From Balanoglossus misakiensis (taxonomy: Eukaryota > Animalia > Hemichordata), in NCBI GenBank assembly GCA_040954595.2, contig CM082576.2, positions 4,066,760-4,130,759 of the forward strand: a stretch of DNA of 64,000 nucleotides, given 5' to 3'. The position numbers and the translations under genes are program-made. Shown here in pieces: positions 37,701 to 50,593 of this stretch. The first letter of the stretch is position 1, and every line of letters starts with the position of its first letter. The notes under the pieces were generated by a model, which saw nothing but the letters and a program-made list of their open reading frames with translations, did not search any database and was not told the DNA's origin.

Positions 37701-37883
37701 GGTTCCGGTACGAGTCAGGACTGGGCGTATGACGTGGCCGGCATCACATATTCCTACACCATCGAACTGCGAGATACGGGAGAATATGGCTTCCTGCTGC
37801 CGGAGGAACAGATCATTCCGACCGCGCAAGAAACCTATGAAGGTCTGAAGGCGGCGATCAGATACATTATGAAAAATCCATAA
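28792..37883 (+). CDS. M14A metallocarboxypeptidase copy 3, Gln255, with a 6-kb first intron
   Basis: Signal exon 28792-28862 [24 protein letters not shown]. Next exons 34847-34919 and 35277-35474 (GC donor), then 35848 onward. Motifs [31 protein letters not shown] and IELRD. TAA at 37881-37883. Confidence 0.92.
29970..33880 (-). ncRNA. Putative spliced lncRNA (>=8 exons) carried inside the element, antisense to carboxypeptidase 3 intron 1
   Basis: Minus-strand consensus donors (GTAAGT, GTAAGC, GTGAGC, GTAAGG) and tgttttgcag acceptors define exons ~33880-33778, 33085-33019, ~32882-32715, 31725-31678, 31603-31522, 31448-31392, 31060-30984 and 30656 onward. No continuous reading frame. Both ends are uncertain. 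Confidence 0.5.
31813..32590. repeat. ~130-bp tandem repeat, ~6 copies, inside the inverted-repeat element
   Basis: gaagatgatcggtacggaaataaaccactccaagtattttgagtgcgtgtatg...aactatatacgtgagcggg recurs at about 31813, 31943, 32075, 32206, 32339 and 32469. Confidence 0.95.
33890..34000. promoter_or_regulatory. Promoter-like cluster: ETS-type cggaa sites, CCAAT box and a 20-bp perfect palindrome
   Basis: cggaa occurs three times at ~33892-33909, CCAAT at 33943, and gtcacgtcacgtgacgtgac at 33981-34000 (CACGTG E-box plus CRE half-sites). It lies just upstream, on the minus strand, of a perfect donor at 33777. Confidence 0.45.
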
Positions 37884-38562
37884 CTGCGGTCATTGTCATG
37901 TGCAATTGTGCTATATTCAAGGGACAAGTCTCCTCTCTAACATCAACAGGACACATTGTTCTGAGTATTAATTTGTGATAATACGCTTGAGTGTATGATA
38001 TAGATTTTAAATAAAAGGATAATTTCTGTCACGGAACTACCCATAGAGGGCGAACTAACCCCGGTTTTCAATGCCATCCAACCAACGAGGCTCGAGATAG
38101 CCATTTAGCATATGTTTAACAAGTTTCAATGGCGTACCAATCTACAATTCTGTTTTATTTGTGATCACTACATCCATGATTATAAATTGGGTCTTGCTAT
38201 TATGTATTCTAATTGACCTCTGACCCCTATATCATGCCGTAGAGCAAATGCATCGTGTTCTGATCGTCGATCCCCCAGACCCGCACAATCAATTCAAGCA
38301 CGGACCAGCAAATTGCCGTATGACGAAAATACAATTGTTTTCGATTAATTGATTTGTGGTGTCCCAACTGGATTATCCAAACAGTTTTAGCAGAATGTTT
38401 CAAACGACCTCCGTCAGAACAACACGTCAAAAATGAATCATTAGTTAAGAAGCTGAAACAATCGCATCTAGATACGAGATAAGATTTAGGAATATTTGTT
38501 GGGCTTGGTCACATATTAAGAGGCTCAACTCCTGCGTCACACTTCTTTCAAGAAACCAAAAA

Positions 38563-41500
38563 ATGAAGTTATGCGAAAAATTCTTCGCCGTAATTGTCTT
38601 GGTGACGATCTTTGCCTCCTGTGTGACATGTGAACCACGGAGTTATGAAGGGTACGTAAAAATATGCGTCTGTCAGTATGGTTTTCTTCGGGGTGCCATG
38701 GCTGGCAACTCAGAAGGGTAAAGTTCACCCTTCAAGACGGCGTCACCAGCAGTTGTTATACGTCTTAAGTTTACCATATGCTACCAACACAGCCTACTGC
38801 CATGTCATTTCGTAGGTGAATTACCTGCACGCCAGTAAACGTTTTCCTTGTTTTCCTTGGCGTGGTAAATGAGTGACCTGTTTTGAGTCGACTCAAACCT
38901 TGGCAGCATTTGTGGTGTTTTTGGGTCTGCGTATGTTGTTAGGAGTTACACAGCATCAGTCTGAACTTACGAAACATTTGCTACAACACGATTTTTCTAT
39001 AGGTAGTACATAGTCATGTTCGTTTGCCCGTCAACAGTGAGTAACGACACCGCTGCATGCTTTGCCGAATCATTTCTGTCAGCAAACAACCTGGCGAGAG
39101 TTTGGAACATCAATCAAAGTGCAATGCTTACAAAACTGACAAACCGCTTGACAGTTTTTCATGTAGTTTAGAAACAAACCAAACCGGTCGCCGTTATACA
39201 AATATGATATCGAACTGCATGAAAACATTCAAAATGTATGTCAGTATACTTGTAAAATGTTTTGGAGATACAGGAAATCAAATCAGTCGTTAAAAATCTA
39301 TGGTGACAAATTTTAAACCGTTTGTTCAATACCAATAACACGCAAGAAACTCACCGCCTACGCGTATGATTGGCGATTATTTTTTGCTGATTTTATAAAT
39401 GACGTCATCCAGGTATCAGATAATCAGAATTGAGGTCAACTCTGAAGAGGATATTAGTTTCCTGAGGGCGCTCGAAGTCCCTAATGGCCAGGTAAGTTAT
39501 ATCTCAAAACTTTTTTTTCCCATATACTTGTGTTTCAAAATAATCGGGGCCAAATTGCCAAAATGGTCGTACCTCCATCACAACCATGTTGCGAACCTTT
39601 ATATTTCTCCATCAGTTGGATTTTTGGGACTTTCCCAACGACCTGATGGTGCCGGCGGATCTGGCGAAGACTGTTGAAAGCAAGTTGAGGAGCCGGGGAC
39701 TCAAGTTCCGCGTGTGGATTGCAGATGTACAGAAACTCATCGATGGCCAATTTACCAAAAGACATAAAGGAGGATTTGAGACTGCCGGTGCGGGGGATCC
39801 ATCGACGTCCACTTATGGATTCCAATATGACATCTACCATAGATGGGCTGAGGTGAGGATTAATGCTTACTTTAAGAGTCCTGGACAGGCTGATGTTCCT
39901 CAGAACGGTCACTTTGTGGGAAATTGCAATCGACCTAACGACCAGTGAAAGCGGACAATGGCAGTTAATTATCACCTCCTTTGGGGAATTAGTGAAAATC
40001 ACAAACATGTGCGATTTAAATTCTTACAGATCGACCAGTGGGTGAAGGACACAGCGGCTAGATACCCAACTCTGGTCACCGAATTTATCGTTGGAAAGTC
40101 GTACGAGAAGCGCGTTATGAGAGCCCTCAAGGTAAATATGGAAAACGTTGAATTCCGTTTTTCGTTAGATTTTGCTAGACTAGACTGTGCATGTCTAAAA
40201 TCGCTTTTCTCAATTCTCTCACTCCTTAGATTGGTGTCGACACCGGCGGTAAAAAGTTCGGAGCTTGGTACAATGGCGGTATCCACGCGCGTGAGTGGGT
40301 TTCCCCGGCAACGGTCATGTGGATGACCAATCAGGTCGGTATATCACCGACGATGAATTTTCAGGATAGTTTACCTTCTGCCTGTCGCAGTTCTGTCAAG
40401 TTGTTATCTCTCTCTCTTGTTCTATCGACAATAGTTCCTGGAGGACTACACCAATGGCGTACCTCAAGTGAAGACTTTGCTGGAGACCTTTGACCTCTAC
40501 GTTCTACCGGTCATGAATCCTGATGGATATGACTACACCTGGACCAATGTAAGTAAACCCAAACCTATATATTGGTATAAGAAAGGTTCTCCTCTGCGGA
40601 TGAGGCCGATCGGAAGGCGGGAATCAAGAGAACAAATAAGTAGGATAATTCTGAAACCGTCATGACATATGACACATTCTTTTGGTATTGAAATGGGTGG
40701 TAAACATCTTTCTTCAGCCTTGAAGTTGACCCATTGAAACTTGGCGTATTTACTTAGTATTTAAAACTCATTCTCTCCCCTCCCTTTCTCTGTCTGACTG
40801 TCTTAAAAATTTGCATTATAGGAACGTTTGTGGAGAAAGACCAGATCAATAAATCTTGGATCTGACTGCGTGGGAACCGATCCAAACAGAAACTTCGAGT
40901 TCGAGTGGGGCGGTATGAACTAAACCTAATATTATCCGTATCTTACCTTCCTGTCTCCAGATTTTCTCTGGGATCTACTGAGCGTGCTTGCCTTGCCAAG
41001 AAGTGGACCCAGAATTATTTACTACAAGCAACCTCATATAAAGTACCACAAAGCATCGATCTTTCACAACTTTTTTTTTTATTTCTTCCAACAGGTGTTG
41101 GCTCCAGTGGCGATCCTTGCAGCCTCATCTACCGTGGACCGTACCCTCACTCTGAGATCGAAATCAAAACCGTCACTGACTTCGTCAGGGAGCAGGGGAA
41201 GAATCAGGAGTTCAAACTATACATCGATTTCCACAGTTACTCTCAGTTGTGGCTGTCGGCATGGGGATATACTTACGATCTTCCACCGGCGGATGATTAC
41301 GCCACCATGGTAACGTGTGATTTTTGAATGGGTTAAGTTGTTCTTTCGATGGTGACAAAACGGGTCTGCTCATTTCTCCATCCATAAGAATTCTAACGTG
41401 CGTTTTTCGAATGTAAGTCTGTCAAATATACAAGTATGCTAATGCCATCGTGTTATGTGTCTTTCAGCTCGGCCAAATGTCCGCCGGCAGTGATGCTATT

Positions 41501-42052
41501 TACTCCGTACACAATAAAACCTACGTGTACGGCGCCGGATCCACTATCCTGTGTAAGCTTCTACAGATTTCTATTTCCACACAGCTTACCTTGCAAGTGG
41601 CCTAGAAGTTGAGGGGTCAATTCATTGCAAAGCTTCTGTCCAGCTTGCCAGGAGGCGAATGCAAAGAGCGCCTCAAGCGACGATTTGTGAAGTCGCCTTT
41701 GTCTACAGTCATTAGGCCCCTACTTTAAGTACATAGCAGGTTTTTAAAGTGTGTGTGACAAACGGAATGGATAAAACTGGCAATGTACCAAAATGATCAG
41801 CAAACTGCTGATACTTTTATAATTTTACTGTTTATTCTTTATATCTATTACGTCACAGATACCTCGGCTGGTTCCAGTAAGGACTGGGGATACGGTGTGA
41901 TGGGTATTCCGTATTCATATACAGTTGAACTCCGTGATACTGGGGAATACGGCTTTCTACTTCCGGAAGATCAGATTCTTCCGACGGCCGAGGAGATGTA
42001 CGCTGGTCTGAAAGCAGCTCTGCAATTTAATATCGACAACCCTTACCCCTAG
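38563..42052 (+). CDS. M14A metallocarboxypeptidase copy 4, Lys255
   Basis: Signal exon 38563-38651 [30 protein letters not shown]. Motifs [46 protein letters not shown] and VELRD. TAG at 42050-42052. Confidence 0.93.
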
Positions 42053-43004
42053 ATTTTATGACGTGTTTGTTACACTATTAAATACAAAATGTGAAAATCT
42101 TCCAACGCATGCGTATTTCCTAGTGCGTCACAAGAAACGTTGCATGTTGACACTAGCCGTTCGAATATTAATATCGAGAGAAAAAAACAAGGGTACATTG
42201 TGTGTTGCATGTGTAAAACATCTTATAATGTTAACTTTCAGGTGTCGAAATAAATGGGAATTATAACAATCTGTGTTAATGTTATTCTTATTAGATTGGG
42301 GTGGCTAAAAACAATGGTATAATTTAAAACAAACTTCTAACACTTTCAGTCAAGTGATACTGCACGAGGTAAACTACAACACAGACTATTTTACTTCATA
42401 CCGATGGCAGAGATTTACATTTGATTGTGTGTTAGCGAGATACTTAACTTGCAGTGGGAACGCTAATCTCACAGTGTCGGGTGGGGCCAGGGACGTTGCG
42501 ATAATTCAAAATGACCGAGAGCCTTTTCGTCCCTATTGTGAAGGTAAAAGGCAAATGTTTATCATATCTAAAAAGTGTTTTGGTCACTGACGTTTGATAC
42601 AAGTAAGATAGTCGCTCTGGATTCATTTACTGAAATGTTTCCAGACTATGATCTTTCAAAGGACGGACGGTGTGCATATCTAGTTCGGGGGATGTTTGGA
42701 GTCGAAGCGAAGGCCACGTTATACAAAATTGGCGTCATGACAACAATGCGTACGGCGACGGGATTTTACATTGCCACACGACCGTACTAAATACATGATG
42801 TTTTCCATAGCAACTAAACCTTGCTACCGGCAATCCGCTGTGCTTAACGTATGGGCTGACTTTCAATAAGTTCAGTCGGTGACGCGGTATACACTGAAAA
42901 CGCTTCCTTCGGGTAAACTTTAAGTAGGATTTCTTTCCTTGCAGTAAGCAGACTCAGTTGAGAACGCCATCGAATCGATCACCAGTTGTGTTCAGGATCT
43001 CATA

Positions 43005-44273
43005 ATGGCCGTAACCGGAACCACGGATATCGTGACTACGCCGTCCGAACCGACGGCAGGTAGGGAACACGTGCGATTAAGTCTGATGCCGTGAAAGGCG
43101 CAAGTCAATTACAAGATGTCGGATACTGTTACGTTTACCAGATACTTTTTTGGTACCCTACAGAAAAAAAACTTGTCAAAACTTGAAAAAGGTTATTTTT
43201 TGGAAATTTGATATTTTAAGGCCAAATCTACCTCAGACAAAGACGGCCACTATAGCCTACATCATTACTCGTGTCGTATGTTTGATTTTATACTGCGTCA
43301 GTAAATGACAAACCGTCATTACTTCAACATTTTTTTCTAATCAGAAATGGCTCCGTTGTGCCCAACCACTCCGGACATGACAACCGCGACGACCAAACTT
43401 CCGACCATAATCGGTATTCAGCTCGATAGTCTATTAGCAACACAGGGAGCCATAGCGGCTGGATTCGCCATCGTTCTCGCATGTTTCATCACTATCCTCG
43501 TTCTCGTGTGTTATTTCTGGTAAGTTAAGTTTTGCATCTCGTCTGCATTTCTGTTTTAGCGTAAATACCACTTAAAATACCGAAACATATACATACGAGA
43601 TCACGTACGAAAGTTTCTTGAGGTTAAAAGCCTCGGTATCCACGTCTTACCGCATTATTTTCGTGATTTTGGTTTCGAACTACATGTATAGTTATTTCAT
43701 GTCATATTTTTCGTCAAGTGAGAGATGTGCTTGTTCCGACACTTGTGTCACAAATGAAATGTATAGGCACTCACTCGGTTATGCAAAATTGGGAGAAGCG
43801 TATAGCTTTAATCATAGCAAAACCATTGCTGATATGTGTACATTTCAAAAGACTGCTCCTTTTAATGAAACCGTGAAGGTATAAATTGATCGGTGTAAAT
43901 GCGAGAAAATAATCGGTTTCATTTGGGTGGTGGTTTAAGGGCTTAAATATTCAACATCTTCTTGACCTTTTGGGGTCATTTTCGTTTCTTACCCAGTTGC
44001 AAAAATCTAAATTGCTGCAGAAAGAGGAATGTGAGCCCCGAACCCATGCGCAGTGATTCAACATCATCCACCATGTGTCACAAGGCGTCACAGGTAGAGT
44101 TTGAAGTCGTAAACGAGAGTACAACACGAAGCTTCGGCACGGCCACTCCCGCGGATTTCAGCAGCGAGCGACACTGGAATGGCGGCTTCGACGAGGGCGG
44201 TCGCACGCGATATCGAACTCTTCTGCCTCCGCAAATGATGGTGGCGGGAAATGGGCTACAGCATGCCTACTAG
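43005..44273 (+). CDS. Small (168-aa) single-pass membrane protein with Thr/Pro-rich N-terminus and Cys-rich juxtamembrane segment
   Basis: Exons 43005-43059, 43345-43519 and 43997-44273 join in phase (1,2), with an in-frame stop upstream of the ATG. TM segment AIAAGFAIVLACFITILVLVCYF is followed by CCKNLNCCRKR. Confidence 0.75.
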
Positions 44274-44661
44274 CCGAAACCAACTGTCGTGCATGGTCAG
44301 ACGTTCACATCTACAAGACCTGTCTGTCCGCGTAAAGCTTAGTCACAAACCCGAATGAACAGGGAGTTTTTGTAAGATTTACACAACGTACTAGTACTTG
44401 TTTTTTTAAAGCACTTCACATGATTATTGTATTTTTAGGTTAAAATTTTGTTTCTCCCATGTGGGACGTTTCCATCTTACCCCCAGACAACTAAAATTGC
44501 GGCCACGTCATAAAGCATGCACAGAACGTCCTGGTTATGTCTTTGTGAACCTACAGAACAGACAGGGCTGGGTAACTGTAGGCCCCTATTTCTATGATGC
44601 AATATTGTCCAGTGAGGTCACTCAACACATCGAACCCTAACTACTCTTTCTCTCCACTGTT

Positions 44662-46043
44662 TCATTTTTTCGCCGTTCTCTCTTTTCTCGTCCTCCTTGT
44701 CCTCGACGCGGCAGGTGATGTTTCGGCCGGAGACCTTCCGCTTTTAACTGCCCTGGGCCTCTTCTGTCGCTTGGTCTTCGGTTCTTCTCCGTTGTCGTCT
44801 GTTATGCTGCTTTCCTCTTTGCCATCGGCGGCAACACCGAGATGGAACACTGACAAAAATGAGAAAATAGTACTTGTAAATAATTTTCAGACATTTTAAC
44901 TTCCAAGTGATTAGAATTATACATAAGTGTTTCAATTTTGTAGTAATAGGTGATTTTTCCATGTGTGTATATTTTGATCGACGTTTTCATAAAGTATTTT
45001 GTCTAAACAAACTTCGACTCGTGTGTTTTTGCAAAATGGACGGGACGGGACGCCGACAAAATGTACTCAGCCGTACATGAGTGTGTTAGACAAGTACACT
45101 TGTCAAAAGTTGAGTCATATAGCATTTTAATGCAAACTGACAATACCAAACGTACAACCAAGCTATAAAGGATTATCCTACCTCGTTCTGACTCTATGCT
45201 GATTTCTTTCCCGTGGTGCCTCTCGTGGTGGGGTAGTTTAAGTTCATCGAACAGCATGCTCTGGGGTTCAAATCTCAGGAGGGCGGCGTTCTTAAATCTT
45301 GTCGAATAATCATGACGAAGGTCAGAATCTGGGAGGAAATTGTGGTCCAAACAAAGCATTTTCAGCCCGCTCAATTTGTACAGTTGTCTTGGAAACTCTG
45401 TCAGTTTGTTGGCTGTCAGGAAAACTTCTCGCAGACTGTTCATCTTTGCGATGGAGGGTGGCAGTGACTCTATCTCGTTGTAGCTCGCGTTTAGATGAGA
45501 GAGCTTGTTCAGGTTTGAAATTGACTTTGGCAGTGACGTCAGCCTGTTTTTGCTGATGCTAAGGTGGCAGAGGCTCTTCATACCCGCTATTTCGTCGGGT
45601 AAACTCGAAATCAAGTTGCCGTCTAAATTCAGTATTTTCAGCTGTGGCATTCGAGTCAGAACCGTCGGGAACTCCGTTATCTTATTGTTGTCAATCTCCA
45701 GGGCTTTTAAGTTGACCAGCGCTTTCAGACCAACGGGCAAATGTTCAAGACAGTTGTGCGATGCTCGAATTATCGTGAGGGTGGTCAGCTTACACACGAC
45801 ATGAGGGAAGCGTCGGAAGTGGTTGTGGTGAAATTCTAGTTCGAGGATGCGCTGCAGCTTGCTCAAATCTTCGGGTAAGCTTTCCAGTTGGTTGCCTTGT
45901 ATTTGCAGGTGATCTACCGCCGTTGCCAGGGTTACGACCTCCGAGGGCAAGGCAGTGGCTGCCCGTTCGGCATAGTGGCATCTCAAGCCGTCGGGGCTGA
46001 TGTACGGTGGTTCCGACTCGGAAAATCTCGGGAATGACTCCAT
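44662..46043 (-). CDS. Leucine-rich-repeat protein 1 (349 aa): LRR-only with a basic C-terminal tail
   Basis: Exon 46043-45182 carries ~9 LxxLxLxxNxLxxLP repeats. A phase-1 GT-AG intron joins exon 44849-44662 (VFHLG...KTKRQKRPR...RTRRTRKERTAKK). Confidence 0.85.
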
Positions 46044-47627
46044 TCCCGCAAATGGACAAGAGCGTTAGTGTTGCAACTGTGATCTGTATAGAAGGGGAAA
46101 TATATTCAAGTGATAAAGAGGTTTTTTGATAGGTCCATGGCGCTGACAGTCCCTGCGCCAAACTACTCCATTCTGTCGGGTTTCTCTTAACGTTACTTTC
46201 GGACATGACGTAACATTAGTTTTGAACACATAATCGGTATGCAGGTTTTACTAGTATTTCTCACGGATAACTTAGTTTGACGATTCGCAAAATATCAGAG
46301 GTTTGCTTTGAGTGTGTAGGCGCATCCGTGACGTATCCAGCAAAAACGAAGGAAACGCTAGCTGGCATGCAGGGAAGACTGAACAGCAAGCCTGGAATTT
46401 AGGTCAAAGGTTACGACAGCCAAGGAAAAACACGTAATAAAACAGTGCAGACAATATTAATGCAGCAAAGGCGACCAATACGTTTGGGGTGACAGAGGGA
46501 ACAAGGCGTAGACAGCGGTGACGAAGCTAATTAGGCCTTTTTCCGGACAGCTAATTACTGTTCCTCGTTGTATGCACTGGCGCGGCAAAAGCAGAGGTGA
46601 GAACGATTTTAAAATTTCAATCATAAGCTTATAGTTGCGACAAAAGGAATGGGAGAAAACAACCCAGTATTTTACCCGCCCTTCCAATTAAACGAAGTCT
46701 CTAGATCATATGACCTATGCTTATACAGTATATCCGGTACTACAAGTTTATTATGGTATCATATAGGCCGAAATGAACAAGTTAACCTAGGCTGTCGGCT
46801 AGACCTTTCAAACTGAAGGTCACAGGCGGAAATATCATATGGTGAAAATCTGCTAGAAGTGACGCTAATCAGAAAGTAGATTTAATGGCGTGAATGTCTT
46901 GCAGCTGAGTAACATCTCTGGATATTGCAATGAACTGTTGTAAAATGACTGAGGCCCTGACGCTTAGTACAAGTATTAAAATACAAATGTACTAGGCTGA
47001 CATATATACACGAAATACGTGACATGATATAAACAGCATTTATCTTTGTCGTGCATGTAGCATCTTTACCTCGTGGTTCCTCCTGATGGTGTTTCGCAAT
47101 CCAAATCCAATGGCCAGACAACGCAGAATCCGATTATTAAAGTGTGGTTGTGGTGGCGCAACTGTGCAAACCCCTTTTATACGGCTACGAGGACCAGCCT
47201 GACATGTCCGGACTTGTCGATGCATCCGGTACGCTCGAATGTCTAGCGCCCCCATAGGTTCACCTTGACGATAGTTGTCCGCCGTGCAACCTGTGTGAAT
47301 CCGATCAACAAAACACGAGTGCACGCGTCCAAGTTTTAATATTGCTTGGCAAATATCACTCTTAATGACAAACCAATTACAGCATAGCTCATTTATTCGA
47401 GACTTCCCGAAATAAATCTGACCCATGGAGGTACTGGGGCTATCTCGGATACCTTGTCGTTGATGCTATTCGTGGGGCTTACGTCATTACTCGGTGACAA
47501 AAAGTAGGGCCTACACCGGTTATTTTCGAAAATTTTCTCCCAAACAATTATTGAATAAACATTCTTGCTTGTAATGTAGACGCCATTAGTTATCCTAAAA
47601 TGTAAACCTTCCGGTGAGATCAGCAAT

Positions 47628-48753
47628 TCATTCAGTTTTAAGATGTTTTCTTTCCTCGTCAGAATCGCCAGAACCCGAACTTCGATCTCGTTTTGACGAC
47701 ACTGGTTTTGTCTTTTCGCCATCAGCTCTGTCGCCTTCCCCACCATCCGGACCTGTAATTCAGAAGGCAAAAATATTTGTCCCAATGAGTATAAAAAAAA
47801 AATGAAAGTCTTACACAAAATACATCAGAGTTGTGGACAGCATTACATTTATTCAATCCGTAAAAACAAACTTCTTGTAGATTTATATGACGAAAGTAGT
47901 TTAACCCAAACATGAAGTCACCTGAGAGATCTGCTCGCTCATATTCCCGCAGCTTTTTCAACCCAGCTTCTAAAACATCCTTTGGTGGTCGTGTCAGTTC
48001 GTTGCCACGGACGACATACACCTGTAGTCGCTTCAGCTTGGTGAAGAACAACGCTGGGAGACTGGTCAGTCTGTTATTGGAGACGTTGATCACTTTTAAC
48101 GTGGTCACTTCGCATATCGTCTCCGGCAATTCGTCGAGCTGGTTGTCGTCTAAAAGCAGGGAGTGTAACCTTTTCAGTTGGTTAACTCTCCCCGGTAAAC
48201 GTGTCAATTGGTTATTGGAAACCAGGAGGCGTCTCAAATTCTGCAGGTCGCATATTTCTTCCGGCAGACTGACCAGCTCGTTTTCGCTCAAGTCCAGCTC
48301 CGTTAGACGTTTCAGCGACGAAATGGTCACCGGTATGTGTTTGATCTTGTTGGCACTGATAGTCAACTCTGCTAACGACGTCATTTTAGTGAGGACGGTA
48401 GGCAGACTGTCGAACTTGTTGCCGATGAGCCGAAAAACTTGCACGTCTTTCAGCGACTGCAGGTCCATCGGCAAATTCGTCAGGTGGTTATAGTTCACGT
48501 AAATGTATCTGAGATTCTTCAGCTTGCATACGACTCCCGGCAGGTGCTTGAACTGGTTCCCGATCAAGTTCAGGTTCGTCAGCGCAGTCAAAGCCGACAC
48601 TTCTGGCGGCAAATCTTTCAGTTTGTTCATTTGAAGATCCAGCTGCTTTATGTCGGTCCGCTTACACACCTCCAGCGGTAAGCGGGATACGCCGCGGTTG
48701 CCAAGGTGACATTTGTCTCCTTTGTAGACCGGTGCCACGGGTGATGAGGCCAT
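47628..48753 (-). CDS. Leucine-rich-repeat protein 2 (318 aa), MFHAS1/Roco-type LRR without a Roc-COR domain
   Basis: ATG at 48753. Exon 48753-47922 carries ~10 23-aa LRRs ending GNELTRPPKDVLEAGLKKLREY. A phase-1 intron joins exon 47752-47628 (GPDGGEGD...ERKHLKTE*). Confidence 0.85.
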
Positions 48754-50558
48754 ATTGTTGTATGAGCTCACAAAACGCAGATCTTTGATGTGGAAAGGCT
48801 TTCTGTTTACAAGAAAGGGTGGGCCCTAACGCGACTCGAAGACAGTCAGATTGGCGAAAAATCTTGTAATCGCGTGTAGTGACTATTTTACCATGATGGG
48901 CCCACTTGGTGGCGTTTCAACTGTGGACAAAAGGCAGAAAAATTGCACATTGATAGAAAAACAACGCACTGAACCATCATTGCACGTAGGCACAAACGAA
49001 GGTCGACATAATGATAAAGAGGGATTATGGCGCGTAAAGATTGTCGCAACTGCTAGCTCTTCTAAAGGCTCTAGAATTCGTTCGCATCCACCCACCCTCG
49101 AACATTCACGGACGCGCCCTTTCGTTGCAAGCATGACCCCAAACTATATTTGCATAGACAACTCACCTCAAGTCAAAGGTACCCGACCTTAATAGTATAC
49201 ATGAATTTAAACGCGAAAAGTCGTGTAGGATAGACCTGTAGTTCGTTACCATGACAAAAGCAAATTGCTCGTTTGAATCACTAGTTTTGGCATTTTATGT
49301 TACACCACGAACAGTATCCGCCACAGTGAAATTGCGCCTGGATCGGCCGATGTCATTACAGTTGCCACAGCTTATGAACTCTGTGAACTGGGGATATATA
49401 CGTGCGCATCCCAATGTATATTTATCAATGTTGACATACGCATGAAACAGTAACATCGCACTGCCTCTTGATCGGGCAAGGGTATACTTTCCAAATCCCG
49501 CAAATTACTGTTAATCATTATCTAAAACAAGTGGTAAGTTCTGCTGATCACTGATTACTTACCCAATACATGTATATCATGACACGCCCAGACTTATATT
49601 CACAGCCAGCGACAGGGGGCGTCGCGTCGGTGCAGGGAATATACCGCCCTCTATTGAGGTAGACTGAGTAGAAGGCCGAAGTGATCGTATCAAACCATAG
49701 GCGGCGGAGGTATATGGGGTGGTAGTGTATTCATATAGAATTTTCCCTCGTTAAAATTAATGACATTTTTGCCACAGTTGTACTTCACTCATCATTGCTA
49801 AGTTGAACCAGATTTGGACTCAAAAGCCAAATTGGACATAGCAGGTTTTTCGGTTGAAAAGTACATGTATTCCACTGCTAGGGTAGAGTGTAAAGATCAA
49901 ATAAATTTATTTTAAGAACTGTTCTGAATAAACTTTCCAGTTTTATATTCCACAAGATGGTATTTCTGTACAATGACCACACATTTGCTTTCATGCTGAC
50001 ACATCTGTGCACATGCATCAACACATGCACACCTATACAATGGAACACCTTCACTCACATTACAGTCCATGGTGTGTGTGTGTTCACACAAAACAACACA
50101 TACAACTGTGAGGGCAGCGGTCTGAATAACAGACACAAATCATGTCAAAACTCTGTACAAGCCACTTTATCAGATTTCAACACAGTGTTAGGCACTTTTA
50201 CATGTGACAAATCAGAGCCTAGGGTCTACTACAGGGTCAGTAACAGTTCACACAAGTTTCCAACCCAGTTATCAGACCAGACTCTGCCCCAAAAAACTTC
50301 GCGAGTCCCAAAAAGTTGATACCTTACAAATGTACACACCATTTAAAACAGAGCTGCTAGATTCTGTTTTCAACTACAGTTCTTTCACTAGGTGCTTAAT
50401 ACATCAACAAATTTAGTTTGTAAAAGCATGAATGCTACATGTAGTACTTTCAAAACAGTAAATTAATCTCTGTAATAGTCAAGTTTTTTTATACACATAC
50501 ACATGCATACACATACACACTATTGCTGGTTTCTTCACTGCTTACAAGCAACACTACT

Positions 50559-50593
<35 letters not shown>

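Noticed and set aside
47912-48681. Plus-strand ORFs overlapping LRR gene 2, and similar antisense ORFs over the carboxypeptidase and GOLGA5 exons
   Set aside because: They are shadow frames of real coding exons on the opposite strand and have no motifs of their own.
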